DNA of 63,832 bases, counting the filler, from Thelocarpon superellum (lineage: Eukaryota), in NCBI GenBank assembly GCA_026025795.1. It is 10 parts of 10 records of this genome, joined end to end, with 100 filler letters (N's around TTAATTAATTAA, not from the genome) between each part and the next. Parts side by side here need not be neighbours in the genome. Positions count along the whole stretch, not along the records: positions 13,928 to 20,742 come from JAPEUG010000659.1; positions 20,843 to 27,632 come from JAPEUG010000660.1; 8 more parts are not named here. One strand, written 5' to 3'. The translations under genes were made by a program, and so were the position numbers. How positions within the stretch are numbered: position 1 is the first letter of the stretch; every line of letters starts with the position of its first letter. Positions 14,223-26,700 of the stretch are shown here, in pieces. A model generated the notes under the pieces. That model did not search any database, was not told where the DNA came from, and was given only the letters and a program-made list of their open reading frames with translations.

Positions 14223-16809
14223 TTATGACATGCCCGTCTCCGTCCCCCGCTCCGTTGGTAAAGGCTCCCTAAGACTCGCCGCCAATAAATCCTCATCTAG
14301 CTCCGAGACGAGCACGCACGATGGCTGCTTTCGTGGCACGGGGCGGAGGCCGCGGATGGGTCCGCGCTGATTGACGCCCGGGGGACGGTCGAACATTGGT
14401 CTCGGCGAGGCGAAGGTTACGTCCGTGTGGGGAGGAGGGAGAGGGAGGGATGGGGTCGTGGTAAGAGGAGGGGTGGGAAGGGAACGGGAGGGGGGAGAGG
14501 TCGGGCTTATGGGGCTGGCGCTGCCGCCCCACCGGCTCCAGACCCAGCCACCGACGCGTTTTCCGAATGAATCGACCGTATCGATGAGAGCGGCGCTGGA
14601 CGGAGGGTAGGCGTCGAGGCCGAGAGGGGCTCCGTGGAGCAGACTTTGATTGTATGTGCGGCTGTCGTAACGGCGCCCGGCGAGCAAGGGACGCGCCGTG
14701 GCGGTTGTGGCGCTCAGGACGGGTTTGCTGCTGGCGAAGGTGGTCGACTGGGGTGAGGAGACGCTGCGTGGGGTGTGGCCCGAGAAGCCATTCCCGAGGA
14801 AGCTCAGCTGTGAGGGCCGCTCTCGGAGAGTGTGAATGTCCATCCCTGACACGGAGACTAGACTTTCATGTGAGGCAGATCGGCGGAGGCTCGTGACTGG
14901 TCGGTAGAGTTCCGCGTCAGGCGTATTTAGCGTGCTGTCCTCGCTCTCCTCGGGGATCGTGGGCTGGGTCGTGTCTAGGTCGGGTAATTCGTCGTCTTCG
15001 CCGTCCTTCTCTTCCTCGGTGGGAGGGGCCAGAGTGGACGCTAATGCAGCGGGCGTCGGCGTCTGAAGCTGGAGCGGGGCGGGAGCGGCGAAGCTGCGGA
15101 ACGAGGCGTCTGAATCGCGCGATGTGTGGTGAGGGACGAAGAGGGGTGACGAGGCATCCGAGCTCTCCGGACTCGTGGGCCGAGATGAGTCCAGGGGATT
15201 GTCGGCGTAGGACCTATCAAAGATGGACGCATGCCGAGAGACGGATTGCGGAGAGCTGGGTACCGAGGAGAGCGTGTGATTTGACTGCATCGACCAGCGA
15301 GGAGGCTCTCCCGGATGTGACACGATTGGCGTGCTGATGGTCGTCTGCGAGAGCAACCGTGGTTGGCCGTCTAGACCGTGGGGCGTCTGTGGACCTTGGC
15401 CATCGGACGGGGGCATGAACAGACCTGGCGACGTGATGTTGCGTTTCTTCTTACTTCGACGCGTCGAGGTTCGCTCTTTGGCGCGTTCAGTGGCATAGTA
15501 GTGGTGGTGAACATGCAGCTCCTGCGACAGGGAGCGCGGGGACTCGGCCGCAAGCTCGTCTTTCAAAGATACTGGCTGTGGGTCGGTGGGCTGGGTGACG
15601 GCAACGGGCTGATGGAGTATCAACTGCTCCCGCAGTTGCTGTACCTCTTCATTCGAGTTCGACAGCATCTGACGAAGCTCGACGATGCCCATCTGCAGGT
15701 TTCCGTTGTCCTGCAGGATGTCTTTGACAAAGTGCGACACCACGTTGCTTCCGTCCCTCCCCTTGCCCACCGTGGCGGCCGCGCCTTTCAGACGGCCGGC
15801 AGCATTCTCCAACTCCTTTTCGACAGCCTGCTTGCGTTCTAGACGTGCCAGCAGCTCGACGTGTCGAACGCGCTCGTCATAGGCCTCGGTCTCGATGTGC
15901 TCCATCTGTTCCTGCAGGGTGGCCAGGGTGCGTTCGGCCTCGCGCCAGCGTTGCATCGCCGACCGTTCCTCCTCCTCACTGGCGGTCAGGCTCCGTTGCA
16001 GGTCAGCGCGCTCTTGCTCCAACTCGAGCAGCTGGGTCTCGAGGCGCGCGGTGCGGGAGGCGAGCGTGGCGAGGCGCTGCAGCTCCTGCTGGGTCTCCTC
16101 TAGCGTCGAGGTGAGCGACTTGATGTGCACGTCGGAGTCTGCGACGGAGTTGTTCAGGTCCTCGAGCTGGTCGAGCAGCTTTCGGTTCTCCTCGACAGTC
16201 TTGGCGTTGGCGACTTCCATGTCGCGCTTCTCGGCCTCGAGCTGCTCGATGGTCGCGTTCATCTGGCGCCGTTCCTGCTCGGCATCGATCATGTAGGCCT
16301 CGTGCCGGACGAGCAGCGCCTGGAGCGACCAGGTCAGCGACATGATGGTGCCATGCAGGGGATGAGGGGATGAGGGGATGAGGAGATGAGGGGATGAGGG
16401 GATGAGGGGACGAAGGAAGGTGGGGGACATGAAAGAGATATAACTAGGGTGCTGCGATGAGTACTTCATCCGTCGCCACGCGTCTTACCTGTCCCAGTTG
16501 AGCCGCGGTCCGCACGTTTCTTTCAAGTCCGTCGAGGGCGGCGTTGTTGTGCTTCAGGTAGGCGCATTCATAACGGCCACAGCAACAGGCGAATTCCGCC
16601 GCGGCGGGTGCGTGGGGGACTACACTGGTCGAGTGGGCCAGCAATGATTCCAGCGCGGCGGATGCGACCGATGTGGATGGGATGACGGGTGCCGAGGAAT
16701 GCTCGTGATCGCCCCGCTGCTCCGATCGGACGGGGTCCATCTTCACCGGTCGGATACCATCAGCTGCGCGAGTGCTGAAGCGGGTGGAGGAGAGGTATAT
16801 AGGAGCCAC
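14223..16809 (-). CDS. Conserved fungal coiled-coil protein of unknown function (start at 16809 or 16740; intron ~16323-16488)
   Basis: CCCGRYECAYLKHNNAAL...AAQLGQ spliced to ALLVRHEAYM; long heptad region; VSHFVKDILQDNGNLQMGIVELR; ELHVHHHYY; Ser/Pro-rich tail. Confidence 0.8.
16357..16408. repeat. GGGGATGA 8-mer tandem repeat inside an intron
   Basis: About six near-perfect copies read directly from the sequence. Confidence 0.85.
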
Positions 16810-17491
16810 TTGGGCCGAGTCGATGGTGGTGATGGGGTAGTGAATGAGTGACTGGACGAGCGTGGCACTGGGGGTGTCGTGGGCGAGCTGGGCGAGCTGG
16901 GTCGCGTCGGGCCCGGGATCTGACGTGAAGGCGTTCGCCTGCGCAACTGCTCGTTTGGTCGATCATGCGTCACCGTGACTGGCAGGCGGTGGACCATAGG
17001 CGACGAGGCAGCGACCGTGGCACCCGAGCGGGGGCGTGGCTTGGCCGTGCCACATGGTCTCGCGGATCGCGCTGCTGTTGCATCAATCCTTCGAAGCGCG
17101 GTGATTGGTCCAGCCTCGCGAATCGGCCATGTACGATGACATGCCAATTCCTGCGGGTGAGCGCAACAAGACCATGTTTCATTGATTCTGGGTCGAGTAT
17201 CATCCATCTATCAGAGCCTCATCGCTGATGGCCGCGGACAGCTCGGTCAGCTCGCAAGGAGCTTTGTTGTTCCAGCTCAGGTGCTCCTACTCGTCCGACG
17301 TCCGAACTGCGTCGCTACAAAGAGGTCCGAGTGCCTGGATGCCGCGTGGCTCGGGGTCCTCAAAGAAATGGCCTGAGCCGGGTGTCCCTGAACCAGACGC
17401 GATCTGTGTGCCGGCTAAGTTCAACTCGCTCGGGGTTCAGCTAAGCCGAGCCCTCAAAGAAGAGTCGCTCCACCCCGCCCACCACCAGAGG

Positions 17492-17816
17492 CTATGATTG
17501 CCCAGCCCGATCGTCGGCCACACCACGGGCATCTGACACCGTCTGCACTTGCTTGTATTGCTCCTCCAGTGCCCGTTGCATGTCGAAATCCGCTTGTCGC
17601 TCCTTTTTGATCCTTTGCCGCTCCATGTCCTGGATCACACCTTCGTGCATTGCCTAGATGGACATGGCCGTCAGTAGATGAAGGCAAAGAGGTGAGCGGT
17701 GACGGAGACCGCCCACTTACCGCCTTTTCCGCCTGCTGCCCGTAGTGCACCGAGAGCACAATTCCCGCCGTGACCACGCTGGTCGTCAGCAAGGTCAGCT
17801 TGGCTGCGCGAGACAT
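17492..17816 (-). CDS. PET117: Cytochrome c oxidase assembly factor Pet117 (2 exons)
   Basis: MSRAAKLTLLTTSVVTAGIVLSVHYGQQAEKA spliced to AMHEGVIQDMERQRIKKERQADFDMQRALEEQYK. Confidence 0.9.
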
Positions 17817-18067
17817 CCTGAACGGGCGGGGTTGGACATCAGACGGGGCTCGTGTCGTGTGTCCGACGGTCGAATGTCAAGGATTTTGCTCGTCGCGAAT
17901 GCGATGAGAGGCGTGACGGCCAGTACCTACTTCAGTTAGCGAGCACGGGTCACTCGACTCGCCAACGGCCTCCACCAGGTCGACGCGCAAGACCCGCCGC
18001 ATCAGTTTCATCGCCAGTCAAGCAGGATCCCTGTTGCCAAAGCCGGACGTTCTACCACGTTGTCATC

Positions 18068-18713
18068 ATGGTCTGGCCCCTCTTGCAGGTCTCCAGGTTC
18101 TGATGAGGGCACTAACTATCATAGTCGGCACAAAACTCGGCGGGCATCCAGACCCTGCTCGATGTGGGCTCCCAGAGCTGCACTGCCCCACCATGAGATG
18201 GCAAGCTGATCCGATGTACAGGCCGAACGGGAAGCACAGAAGATTGTTCAGAAAGGTTCGTTTGATTTTCCCCGAGGTTGACCACGGACGATACTGACGC
18301 TTCTGCCAGCAAGAGAATGTACCGACACCTCAGACCACACCACGTCGCCGCCGTTCTGACCTGCATAGATCGGACCAAGCGAGTAAAGGAGGCGCGCAGT
18401 GAAGCACAGAGTGAGATCGACGCGCATAGGAAACAGACGGAGGAAGAATTCAAGAAGTTTGAGGCCGAAGTACCGCGCCCTCGGCCGTGCCCGTGGCCCC
18501 GCACAGATAGATCCATGTCTGACGGTGAGACAGCATTCCAGTGGGAACAAGAAAGCCGAGGAAGAGGCCGATGCAGAGGCTGATGCGACGATCAAAGAGA
18601 TTGGAGAGATTGGAAAGAAAAAGGGAGGCCAGGTGGTAGATGACTTGCTAAAGGCGGTCATGGATGTGACGCCCCAGGTGCCCGACCGAGCTACTGCTCC
18701 ACCCGCGGCATGA
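18068..18713 (+). CDS. VMA10: V-type ATPase subunit G; 6 exons, including an ATG-only first coding exon and a 9-nt exon at 18310-18318
   Basis: Spliced M-SAQNSAGIQTLLD-AEREAQKIVQK-ARE-YRTKRVKEARSEAQSEI...; canonical splice sites. Confidence 0.93.
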
Positions 18714-19109
18714 ACTATCTCGCATGCCGCAGTAGAGGAAGCATACCAAGGTCTAAGTCATCCTCTACAGCCGCTGTCCTTGGACAGCAATGTTCTCCGG
18801 TGATTAGGTTGTCAGGGGACCGCCCCACTCTGCAAGTCGACATGAACCGTAGCACATTGAACAAGGCTAAAGGGCCATAGCAAGCCTTTTTGACCAAGTA
18901 GCATATGAATCTCTGCGCCTGCATGATGCCATTTCGTGGTCCGTGGCACCCACCCTATCCTCAAGTTTATGGTTGAAGTGCGTGGATGTATGACGCAACC
19001 GAAACGCTGCTCGACGCGACTAAGTCGACATTTCGTTCAAACATAACACGACTAAAGATCCCGTAAAAGCTGATTGAAGCTTGGGCGACGGCATGACTAT
19101 GATGGTACG

Positions 19110-20549
19110 ATGACACTCAGAGGCTTATGCCGTGGCGATATTATCAAGGGAGCGGTGTGGCGGTATGGACGCCGGGCACGGTCGACCAACTCGAAGCCAG
19201 ACCAGAGCTCGTCTACGGATCCACGATTGGCACTCTTGGGCCATGCGATTGAAGATGAATACGCAACGATCCGCAGCAACTACCGTCAGTGTTATGACTC
19301 GGATCATCGCATCGCTAACAGCTTTCTAGAAACACCCAAGCATCCGATCGTCCTGGCGCATGGCCTGTTAGGCTTCGACGAGCTCCATCTGGCGGGCAGT
19401 CGACTGCCAGGCGTGCACTACTGGCGAGGTATCACGGAGGCATTGTCAACGAATGGAATCGAGGTCATCACGGCCTCGGTACCTCCATCGGCTTCGATCG
19501 AGGAGAGGGCGGCTAGGCTGGGACGACACATTGCCAAGAAAGCCGCCGGCAAGAATGTCAACATTGTTGCGTAAGGCCTCGCCCTCCCCTCGCCCGACAC
19601 AAAGGGCTAATCAATCGCAGGCATAGCATGGTGAGCGATGTCGGGGGAACTCCGCCCGCATGACGCTGACCAGCTGCTAGGGGTACGGCTGCTCGCACCA
19701 CCCGCACAGGATAAAGCCAATTGACACGAGTCCGTCAGGGGTCTTGACTCTCGATATATGATCAGCCAGCTGCAACCGCAGAATGTCAAGGTCCGCAGTC
19801 TCACGACGATTGCTACGCCACACCGAGGTACGTTCTGCCCCTTGTCTCTCCTGACAGCCGTGCTGATCGTCGCTAGGCTCTGCTTTTGCAGACTACGTCC
19901 TGGGTCGAATCGGAAGTAGGTCTTCCGCAGCGATCTCGTCGATCCAATGGACGCGACAGCTGAGGCAATGCAGCGGAGAGACTCCCCAAAGTATACAAAG
20001 CCCTGGAGTATCTTGGGATGGAGACGGGCGCCTTCAACCAGTTGACTCGTCAATACATGAAGGACGATTTCAACCCTAGGACGCCTGACGTGGCCGATGT
20101 TCGGTAAGTGGGACAGCGCGAAGATCTGCCCGGCATGCTCACCCGTCCGGGAAGATACTTTTCTTATGGGGCAACCGTGGAGCCCTCGCTCTTGTCCGTT
20201 TTTCGACAATCTCACCGGATCATCGAGGGCGAAGAAGGGCCCAATGATGGGCTCGTGAGCGTGGCGAGTAGCAAGTGGGGCGGAGACGAAGGGTACAAGG
20301 GCACGTTGGTCGGCGTCAGCCATCTCGACCTCATCAATTGGACCAATCGTCTGAGGTGGGCGCTCTGGGAAATGACGGGAAACAAACGCAAGTAGGTGAC
20401 GAGTATCTTCGTGGATCGACGCGTGCTGAGCTGGCTAGGTTCAACGCTGTGGCCTTCTACTTGGATATTGCAGGTAGGAGAGTGAGACCAGTGCTTCCCA
20501 TATCCTGGAACTAACGATGGTCAGATATGCTCGCTCGTGAAGGGTTATG
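19110..20549 (+). CDS. Triacylglycerol lipase, TGL2-like alpha/beta hydrolase; about 9 exons, including 10-nt and 2-nt micro-exons
   Basis: PIVLAHGLLGF oxyanion motif; spliced AHSMGGLD nucleophile elbow; TTIATPHRGS; NDGLVSV; SHLDLINW. Confidence 0.9.
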
Positions 20550-20742
20550 ATGGATGGTCGTCACGGGCTAGAATGGAACATGAGGTGTGCGAGATAGCCG
20601 GGCGGATACGAGGGCGACACGCTTTCTGCAGTAAAGATATTAGCTGCCATGCGGGACGCGTGGTTGAGGCTGTGCTGTGACGACGAAGATGCCGTGTGTC
20701 GGTATCGCTCTGCCGCTGCAATTGTATGGTAAGAGGAAACGA

Positions 20743-20842
20743 NNNNNNNNNNNNNNNNNNNNNNNNNNNNNNNNNNNNNNNNNNNNTTAATTAATTAANN
20801 NNNNNNNNNNNNNNNNNNNNNNNNNNNNNNNNNNNNNNNNNN
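20743..20842. other. Artificial contig-joining spacer
   Basis: 44 N + TTAATTAATTAA + 44 N. Confidence 0.98.
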
Positions 20843-21033
20843 CCGGCTTTTCGCGTCCCGTCAACGCAACCACGGACCACTCTCGACCAGGGTATCCGTT
20901 ACGTCAGTGGTGGCCAATCGTAGATAGCGGCCAGCCACCAACGGAGATGTCATTCTCGGCTCCACTACTCCATTCCTCGATCCTGCCATTCCGTTCGATT
21001 ACGAGTCGACCGCTGTGCCTGGTATGATGTCAG

Positions 21034-21134
21034 TTTGGCTTCCCGTCTTTTGGGCGTCCCGTCGCTTGACGTCCCGGCTCTTGTCGTCCCGTCTCTTGGC
21101 GTCCCGGCTTTTGTCGTCCCGTCTTTTGGCACGC
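21034..21134. repeat. Degenerate 15-bp minisatellite (core GTCCCG)
   Basis: Units tcttttgggcgtcccg, tcgcttgacgtcccg, gctcttgtcgtcccg, tctcttggcgtcccg and gcttttgtcgtcccg. Confidence 0.9.
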
Positions 21135-21759
21135 CAATAGCTTGGCCCAACTCGCAGCCACTGGGTCTGTGCGTGTGAGACCTGGCACCTCAAGCAGCAG
21201 CCATGACACATGCCATCCCACTCTTCGGTTGAGCCGTCACATCCGTTGGGAGATGCCTCTCGGTCGATATCTTCCTCAAGATGGGGACTCCATGCCGCAA
21301 CAAACAGGAAATTCCATGCGGCTGGCCGCGAGCAGGGGCATAAGCACTGGCATCAGACTTTCGACTTATCAAACCCCACGCATAAAGCTAGAGCGGTCGT
21401 GCATCGAGATATCATGCATTGGCATACTAGCTCTCCCCGTATGTGACGGAGATGGGGAGTCCTCCCTGAAACCAAGGGTCGTAAGTAAAGAGCTGGAGGA
21501 TAAGTAGGAGCGAGAGATCAAAATCCACTTTTCATTCGGGGCACATGCGCCATCTGGGGTCAATTATCGGTGGATCCAGCTCTTCACTTCAATCTTCTTC
21601 AACCGCTTCCTTCTGGCTTCCTTCTGGCCTAGATGCCAATCCTTTGCGTGGGTAGGATAATTTAGGAACATCCCCAACTAGAGCCAGGGGAGCTGGAAGC
21701 AAGCCGCCCGCTCGTTCCTGTGGGCCTCTTACCCGCGTGACCTACCTCTTGCCTCTCCA

Positions 21760-23061
21760 ATGGCGGTCGCCCCGGGCGGGTGGGATGTTCTCGCCGCGGT
21801 GATCACTACTATGACTGTCGCCATCGTCGCCGTTATCTTGCGATTCATGGCCCGGCGCAGGCAGGGCATGCCAATGGGTATGGACGACTGGGCGACTATA
21901 CTTGCACTGGTATACTATCCGAGCCCACCAGACCTTGAAGCCCGGCTTAGACCCTGACTACGACCGGCAGTTGTTACTCTGCGGCATGTTTGTGCCTTTC
22001 GTACTCTGTACGTCATACCGAGGTTGACCCCCGAAGCTCTTACCTGACGCTGACATTTATCACAGTCCCGGTCATTGGTCACCAAGGAGTGCACGTCAAA
22101 GACCTTACCCCAGCGGAGGTAGTGCAGGGCCTGAAGGTTAGGCCACTCAGAAAAGCTCCTGAGCTCCTCAAAGCTGACTTGCCTGTCGAAGATCCTCTTC
22201 GCCGAAGAGATCCTTTACACCCTCGCCTCGCCCACCGTCAAGATCTCCATCGTGCTCTTTTTCTACCGGATCTTTCCAACAGTGCGCTTCCGGCGGACGT
22301 GCCTCGTGGTCATAGGCTGCTACCTGGCCTGGTTCATCGCCATCATCGTTCTCGACATCTTCCAGTGTAAACCAATCGCCTATCAATGGGACAAATCGCT
22401 GCACGGGGAGTGCGTCAGCCCCCGGACCTTCTTCGTTGGAAACGGTGTGACCAACGTGGTCCTCGACTTCATGATCCTCCTCCTCCCCATGCCCATGATC
22501 TGGAAGCTTCACCAGTCACGCGCGAACAAAGTGGCCTTGACCGCGACCTTTGCTCTGGGTAGCTTGTGAGACGAGCCATTCTTCCGAGTACCGAGCATCA
22601 ACCAAGCTGACGGGCCCAGTGTATGTATCATCAGCATCGTCCGTGCCATTGCTCTATCAACTCTCGACACGACCGACGTGACCTGTAAGACCGATCTCCC
22701 ATCCGCAACTCCTGTCCTCTCTCCGTACGGCGGAAGCTGATACACAGCAGACACCCTCATCACTGGCACGATATGGACCTTTCTCGAAATCAGCCTCGGT
22801 CTGACTTTCGGCCAGCTTCCGATGCTGCGGCCCCTCTTCCCCCACATCCACTGGGGAGGAACGAGCAACCTTTCAGGGCCGGAGGTCTCTGCCAACGCTA
22901 CCGTGGGCCAACACACTAAATCCAAGTCGTCGTCGGCAGACGGTCTTGTTGACTTCCAGGGCCATTATGTCGAATTGGCGGAACGAGGCCATGGTGTGGG
23001 CGTCATGTCTACACAGCATGTCGAGTCGGTCGACGGACGGTTTCATGGACCTCGTGACTGA
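21760..23061 (+). CDS. PTH11-like integral membrane protein (fungal rhodopsin domain, no CFEM), multi-exon
   Basis: LRFMARR...GMDDW, KISIVLFFYRIF, IFQCKPIAYQWDK, NVVLDFMILLLPMPMIWKL, F-ALGSL and IWTFLEISLG motifs. Confidence 0.9.
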
Positions 23062-23779
23062 TGACGACGAAAAGTGATTGAACAAGGCGTCGGTGCGACA
23101 GAGTTCATGTCTGAACAGCATGGCAGGTCTATCGTGACCATTGCCACTGCCGAGCTGGAGCAGACGGAAGAATGAAATAAAAGTTCTTGGACGGGACTCG
23201 GGCGGCGGCGGCCTGACGGATGGGGAGCTACGGTATCTTGGATATGGTCGGTTCGGCGGACGGGAAGGCTGTTGAATCGTGGATACTCTATCCAGTGGCT
23301 AGGGATGGAGTTCACGATGCTTGAAGGAAGGAAGCGAGGGAATGAGTACGCTTATGGAGCGACGCGTGCGAAGATTTCGGCGCTTGACTAGTCTTTGCGT
23401 CTTTTGATCTTGTACGAGGTCTTGTGTCTCCCAAAACCTTACTGTCTGCTACTCACCCCACCTCTGAGAGGAACACAAGAACCAAACCACAAGCGCCATC
23501 TTGCCTTCTCGCTTTCCCCTCTTCTCCCTCTCCCCCTCTATTTTCTTCATTTACAGTGGATCGCAATCACGCAATCTGCATCCTCTCCCACGATGAACTA
23601 CACTGGACTTTAATATAACGTAACGCTTATCCCTATCCTCATGCTTATCCTACACCTACACCTGCTCTGCTCCAATCACGCCTTTCCCTTTCCTTTCCCT
23701 TTCCTTTCCTTTCCCTCCCTTCCCTTCCCTCTCTTTTGCTCCCCTCGCATCTTTGTACCCCGGCGAACCTCCCTCCCCC

Positions 23780-26700
23780 CTACACCCTATCCTCGGCGAA
23801 ATCCAAAACATCGCAGTCGTCCTCGAAAAAGCCATCATCCCCTCCCAGTCCTAACCCTGCACCCCCTCCAACCTCACCGTTCCCACGATGCCCCCGCTTA
23901 CGTCGCTGCGTCGTCACGACTATCTGCTCTACCGAGTCGGCGTCCTTGCCAATCTGCAGCACGTTCTCCATGGTCTGGCCACACAGAAGCTCCTCGTCGG
24001 CCGACGACTCGTTCGTCGTCGTCGCGCCAACATTGAGTTTCCGTGTCGCGATCTCGTTACCAAAGGTCCATGGCTCGGTAGATGTAGAGAGAGAGGGTCC
24101 GGTGTCAGACCCGGTGTAAGCGAAGAGCCGCACGCGCGGGTCGGTATGGAAGGGTTGGTAGGGTGCGTTGGTCTCGATCTCGGCGTAGCTCAGCGGGTGC
24201 GAGTCAAGGTGAACGTCGCGCCGGGGGCCCTCCGTCACGCATGGCTTCCACGTCATGCTGGTCTCCGCGCTGCCGTCCACGCGCTCGTCGTCCGCCAGGC
24301 GCCCAAAGAGACTCGACGTTACGCGCTCGTCGGAGAAGTTCACCTCGTACTCTACTACCTTTCCATCCGTCGAGGAGAATCGTCGACCGCGTTGGCCGCT
24401 TCGTCCACCGCCCAGACGAATCACCCGTAGGGTCCCGCCGCCAATGACCCCGATCAGGCCACGCTCTCGCCCCGTCATCCACCGCACAGAGTCTGGCGCC
24501 ACCGCGCCTCCGTTTGTTGGCAGCGAGATACGGTTGTCACCCACGTTGCGAAAGGTGCTGATCGTGCCCGATGCCGCGCCCAGCGACTTGCTCAGTCCGG
24601 CCGCCATCATCTTGCCGCCCTGCATACCCGTCGATGTTAGCGCGCCAAAGCCGGGTCCGGTGCTCCCGCGTCGCCGTTGAGCAGCCGTGAGGATGGGCTG
24701 GGTCGTGTCCGTGACCATCTTGATCGCTGCCGACACCGCGTTCCCAACGGCTTCGTTGCGCGCCATGGGCTTTTCGGCGGTCGCCTCCGTCTTCCCGCCG
24801 CCCGTCACACTTCCCGGTCGGACCATGCGACGGGGCGGTGGCCACTGGTAAGCGCTGGGCGGGAGCGAGAAGAGATGGACCGTGCCGCGGCTGGTGATGA
24901 TGGCCAGCCGTCGGCCCTGAGGCCTCGTCCAGACCACGTCGACAATCTTCGCCACCGTCATGCGCGAGAATCGCGCCAGCTGCCGGACCTTTGGACCGTG
25001 GACCATCGTTGAGGACGCAAGGCCGGGTCCCACTTTCCCGTGTTGGATCCGCATCAGATCCCACACGAACTGAACGTCGCCCTTCTTGCTGGCGGTAAGC
25101 AAGGCCAGCCCGTCCGGCGCAAAGGATAAGAAGCTGCATCCCAGCGGGGCGGGAAAAGTCGCGATCGGACTCAATCGCGCGGGTGAGCTCGTGCCCAGCA
25201 GGGAGACGAGCCGATCGAGATCGATGATGGAGACCAGGCTTGGATCATTGCTCGGAGTCAGGTGCGCCGTCGACTGGCCGTGGGTAGGAGGAAAGTATTG
25301 AAGGTTGAAGGGATTCGCGTCTCGCGCCATTGGTCCAGATGGACCACCCGCGGACTCGTTGCCTGATTGCTTGTGCCAGTAGTTGCGCCAGGCCTGTAAG
25401 CCTTGATCGCCTACCCATTTGGCCCCTTTGATGACTTCCTGTGTCACCTCTCGTGTCACGCGGTTCAAGATCCCGCCCGGATCTGGCATGTCCACCGCAC
25501 ACGTCACCGCGGGTTGCGACGGAGCCGTGTGCGTGGAGAGGCCGACGGGGGTGGGATGGCCCTCGGCCACACCGGCGCGACCGTTGAGCGAGGGCGTCGA
25601 GCGGGGCGCAGGGACGTAGGCCAGCCAGCGATGGCTCAGGGACACCAGCGGCGTGCCCTGGGGCACGTCGTCGTGTCGTCCCTCCCATCCCGGACCCTCG
25701 GAGTCGGACGAGTTCGCCGAGCTGGGCGCGCTCGCCCGCACGCTCGGTTGGATGGTGCTCCAGACTTTGGCGAGGCATCGGATATCTGTTCCTTTTCGTC
25801 CCTGCTCGGCATCCGTCCCAAGCAGACCAAAGACAAAGAGTTCGCCGCTCGTTCCCGAGGCAACCACGACGTACCTTCCACACGCCTCCAGTCGTAAGCT
25901 GCCGACCGGAGGCGGAGGCACAAAGAACGGACTCGACGTGGGAGTCGGGAGCTCAACAGGAGGGCTAGTATACAGTGTGGCAATGTGACTTCCTCGGCGC
26001 AGCGAGTAGATCTCCACGCTGGTCTGATAGTGCGTCGTCTCGTCGAATGATGGGCCATTTGGATATGGAGGTCGTTGGTGCAAGTCAACTAGCGCCATCT
26101 CGTGATTGACGGGCGGCGGCGGCGGCGATGGGGCCGGGGCGCCGGCATCGGACGCAAGGGGGCCATGCACGACCACGGCCACCAAGGGTCGGATCTCGGC
26201 GAGGGGATCATCCCGGGCGGTCCACGGAAGAATCTTGGCCCCATGTACCCCGCCACGCAGGTGGTTGAGTCGTCCGAGGAGGCTCAATTTGCTCGCCTCG
26301 ACGCGAAATACATCCAGTCCGCTATCTCGACCAACGAGCAACACGTTCTCCGCCGTCTGTGAGGCAACATCACCTGCGGCGGCGAGGCTGTCGTAGCAAC
26401 AGCAGTAGCCGCCTTCGCCGGGAACGGGGTGTGTGGTAGGTGCGTGGAGATGAGCAAAATCAGGCTGTGGAAGGGAGTAGAAGTGTGATTGGGGAAGATG
26501 TGGTGGGGGGGGTTGTGTGATAGCGATAGGATGCGCGTACGCAGCACGCGGGGAATGCATCGACACCCGCCGCGAGGCTCCGCGAAGCTTGGGCGACGCT
26601 GAGCCCATTGGAGCAGGATACACGCCGGGGTGACTAAACGGTCCCCTAACAGCGGTGGGGGGCGATGCAGAGTGGGCAGAACTCCGAAAAGCAGGAAATG

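Noticed and set aside
19620..19745. Classical donor- or acceptor-disrupted stwintron in the lipase gene
   Set aside because: Removing either inner intron does not rebuild a split GT donor or AG acceptor; a 2-nt exon between two standard introns fits the reading frame better.
21034..21134. CRISPR-like array
   Set aside because: The units are contiguous 15-mers with no unique spacers, there are no cas genes and the context is eukaryotic.
23680..23780. Polypyrimidine tract downstream of the BCAS3-like gene (similar purine tract at ~8990-9140)
   Set aside because: Ordinary low-complexity 3'UTR or terminator-region sequence.
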